DNA of 64,000 bases, from assembly GCA_964234715.1 (NCBI GenBank), contig OZ174279.1, one strand, 5' to 3'. The notes beneath the pieces are model-generated. The model saw only the letters and a program-made list of their open reading frames with translations. It was not told the DNA's origin and did no database searches. Positions 61,016 through 64,000 of the stretch are shown piece after piece. Made by a program: the position numbers and the translations under genes. This DNA comes from Podarcis melisellensis (lineage: Eukaryota). The first letter of the stretch is position 1; every line of letters begins with the position of its first letter.

Positions 61016-62326
61016 GTGTAGACAGGACAGAGGTAGGCAGATGGTCTGATTCAGTAAAAGGCAGCTTCTTGTGTTTCTTATGCTCCCACTTTGCTCCCAA
61101 AGGATTCTACCCTTTAATTTCTTAGCAGTTAATTTGAACTACTGTACTATGTTCATTGCACAGAAGCACTGAATATTGCTAAGCATGATGTGCATTTTGG
61201 TCTTGAGTTTGAAATTATGTTTTGTCTTGGTCTGTTAAAAAAAAGGACAACTTTTTCTTTTCTTTTAAGTTAATATCTCCCACCATGAGAAGTCAAAGGG
61301 TACTAGGACTCTTCCTCTATACATTTTGTATGTGGTTTTTACTGTGCACACATATCATAAAATGGTACGTCTATGGCTATATCAATATCAAAAAAGAAAC
61401 GGGTGGGTTTTTTAAAAAAAAGAACACAGGACTGTCTTTGTTCATATCAGGCTTGCTTTCAAGTTCTTTTTTATGGCTGCAGATGGATTCCCTTTGGACA
61501 ACTGGTCTAGGGTTTCAGCATTTTATCCATGGAGACCAGAGTGTCACTTCTGTTAGAGTGCTCTTCAGTGGTTGCTGCAGAGACTGGGCACCAATGTTTC
61601 ATTCATCAACTCCTGATCTCCATTATATGAGCAGCAGGAGGAGAGAAGGAGGGGCAGTACGATGGGGAAGAAATGAATTTCAGGCTGGGAGGAAACCAGG
61701 TGTATGCACAACCCAAGAGTGCTCCCAATTATCCAACTATCAAAACACACAGCAGACGGTTTGGCTATGCATCGGAAGGCAACGTGAAGGGTACAGGCAG
61801 AATACAAAGACTTCTGTTAATCATCCACTGTTGTTTTTTAAAAGTCCATGGTGGTAGCCTGCTTCCCCCTGCCCTCACGGCACAATTTCATCAACAAGAA
61901 CATGGCAAGGAGGGATAATGTGAGATAATCCAATACAACCATTTTAATCAAAATCGTAAGATGTAGCAGCTGTTTTAAAAATAAATAATTGGTGATTTGC
62001 CATGGAACAAACCCACTGAAGAAGATAACAGTGGTTACCCAGACCTCGTTGTGAAGGGGGCCCCATATCAGTTCAAGCTTCAGGGTCCTCAAAATGTAGA
62101 TGCTCTATTGCCAATACTTGTTGCAGTTTGATAGGCAGGCAAGTGAGGTTGATGGAGCAGTGTCCCCTTCACCCCAACTGTCCAGCCTCAGTAAGCAAAG
62201 CATTATGTGCTCATCTGTGGCTGAGAGTCCTTCAACTTCCATCAGTTGATCTTTGCAATAGACTGCACTGTTTTATGGTCCTCATAGGGCTTTCATCTGA
62301 AGCAGCTGATTTCAGAAGGTGACCAA

Positions 62327-62830
62327 TGTTGTTGTTTAGTCGTTTAGTCGTGTCCGACTCTTCGTGACCCCATGGACCAGAGCACGCCAGGCACTCCTGT
62401 CTTCCATTGCCTCCCACAGTTTGGCCAAACTCATGCTGGTAGCTTCGAGAACACTGTCCAACCATCTTGTCCTTTGTCGTCCCCTTCGCCTTGTGCCCTC
62501 CATCTTTCCCAACATCAGGGTCTTTTCCAGGGAGTCTTCTCTTCTCATGAGGTGGCCAAAGTATTGGAGTCTCAGCTTCACAAACTGTCCTTCCAGTGAG
62601 CACTCAGGGATGATTTCCTTAAGAATGGATAGGTTTGATCTTCTTGCAGTCCATGGGACTCTCAAGAGTCTCCTCCAGCACCATAATTCAAAAGCATCAA
62701 TTCTTTGGCGATCGGCTTTCTTTATGGTCCAGCTCTCACTTCCATACATCACTACTGGGGAAACCATGGCTTTAACTATACAGACTTTTGTTGGCAAGGT
62801 GATGTCTTTGCTTTTTAAGAGGCTGTCTAG
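62327..62830 (-). mobile_element. RTE-BovB LINE, 5'-truncated 3' end
   Basis: Open 153-aa frame KAMVSPVVMYGSESWTIKKADRQRIDAFELWCWRRLLRVPWTARRSN...VHGVTKSRTRLND and a (CAA)n tail. Confidence 0.93.
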
Positions 62831-64000
62831 TTATACCATATCATATCTTAGGTGCTTTTATAAATAATCAGTTAGGATGACTGAACCTGTGGACCTAGAA
62901 CCAAGTGCCACTTCCACAGATGGGAGTAGGCCAGCCAACCTCAAAGGAATGCACATTTGCAGTCCTGACATTCCCGCAGGGTGAGTGTGTCCCGTGAATG
63001 AGTGCATCACATCTTGTCTTTAAAGGCTTGGTGGTGGTGATGGTGGTGAAACTATTGAGACTGGATAAGAGGTCTCTTACTTTCTTTTGCAAACAACACC
63101 GATAACTTAGTTGAAAGAAACACTGAATCAGCCAAACGTGAGCAATTCCAACTATCAAAACTCAAATCAAGTTCCTTCTAAAGGTATTTATAGTGATGCT
63201 GGGATTAAATCTAAGGCTTTCTGATTTATGGTGTCCTCTTAATGATGGGCTAGGACTTTGGCTGCAGTAAATCAGGGTTGATTCAGTCACCTTGGAGAAA
63301 TTGTTACATCGATTTCTAACAAGATCTAGTATTATTGTAATAATTTGTCCAAGTTTCCCCCTTTCACAAGTGATCCTGCCCTGTGCTGTTTCCTTCTGTT
63401 TCTCTGTCTCTACCCTGCTGATTATGACCCATGCATTAAAAACTGCAACTGTCTGAAGCTTTAAACCAGTTCCATATTGAAAAACAATAATGTCAAATAC
63501 TCATATTTGTAGCTGCTCAAGGAACATATGTTTTACCAATGCCTGCTTTTTACAATCCTTCTCTTTAAAAAATTAATCTCCTGATCTCCAATACGGAAGG
63601 ATTGCAGCCTCCTGCCTCCCCACTCCCCGCCCGACAAATCAAATGAAACAACACTACAGATTGCTGGCGCAAACATATAGACGCATGGGAGGAAATGTGT
63701 GATGTAGTTCAAACATCCGTTCTTCATTTTTGCTCATATCTAGAGGCTTCATCACAAAAATGGTTCATGCTATGGACCCTCTAATAAGCAACAGATTTTT
63801 TTCCATTCTTACGAATTTCTGAGAAGAGGTAATTAGGTAATACAGATAATATGTTGCCTCCATCTAATTGGTTAGAGAGGAGAAAAAGCTGAATATTACT
63901 AATTTGTGACTGCATTCTCTTTGTTGACAAAGATGAGGAAAAACCTTAAAGTGAATCCCACTGGATCCTGTTTAATTGTCACTTGGAATTAGCTCTAAAA

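Noticed and set aside
61222-61857. Longest ORF in the track (211 aa)
   Set aside because: TTG start, low-complexity F/K runs, no recognisable domain and no splice context; consistent with a chance ORF.
62364-62867. 167-aa plus-strand ORF
   Set aside because: Antisense shadow of the BovB fragment.
56400-64000. Search for a downstream gene
   Set aside because: No exon-like coding sequence apart from BovB.

Overview
Vertebrate (squamate, probably lacertid lizard) genomic DNA holding the 3' part of the receptor tyrosine kinase gene EPHA4 on the + strand. Twelve GT-AG coding exons (human numbering 6-17; 12691..48801; 1643 nt, about 547 codons) encode the second FN3 domain, transmembrane helix, juxtamembrane tyrosines, kinase domain, SAM domain and C-terminal PDZ-binding motif (VPV). 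The first ~12.7 kb is intron 5, and a 164-N assembly gap follows the stop codon. The 3'UTR appears to be split by a ~4.15 kb intron (candidate 49575..53725), with a competing AATAAA 61 nt inside it and a distal AATAAA at 56286. Introns and the downstream region carry Sauria SINEs, a BovB fragment, L2 fragments, other tRNA-derived SINEs, Tc1/mariner-type and hAT MITEs, and a probable solo LTR. Most interesting: the possible splice-versus-polyadenylation switch in the 3'UTR; a tRNA-Ile SINE whose GAT anticodon may record I34 editing; a fold-back Sauria SINE chimera; a MITE carrying NRF1/ETS motifs; and a Gly-to-Ser change in the SAM domain. All comparisons with human EPHA4 and with repeat consensus sequences are from memory and need an alignment. 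No prokaryotic features are present.
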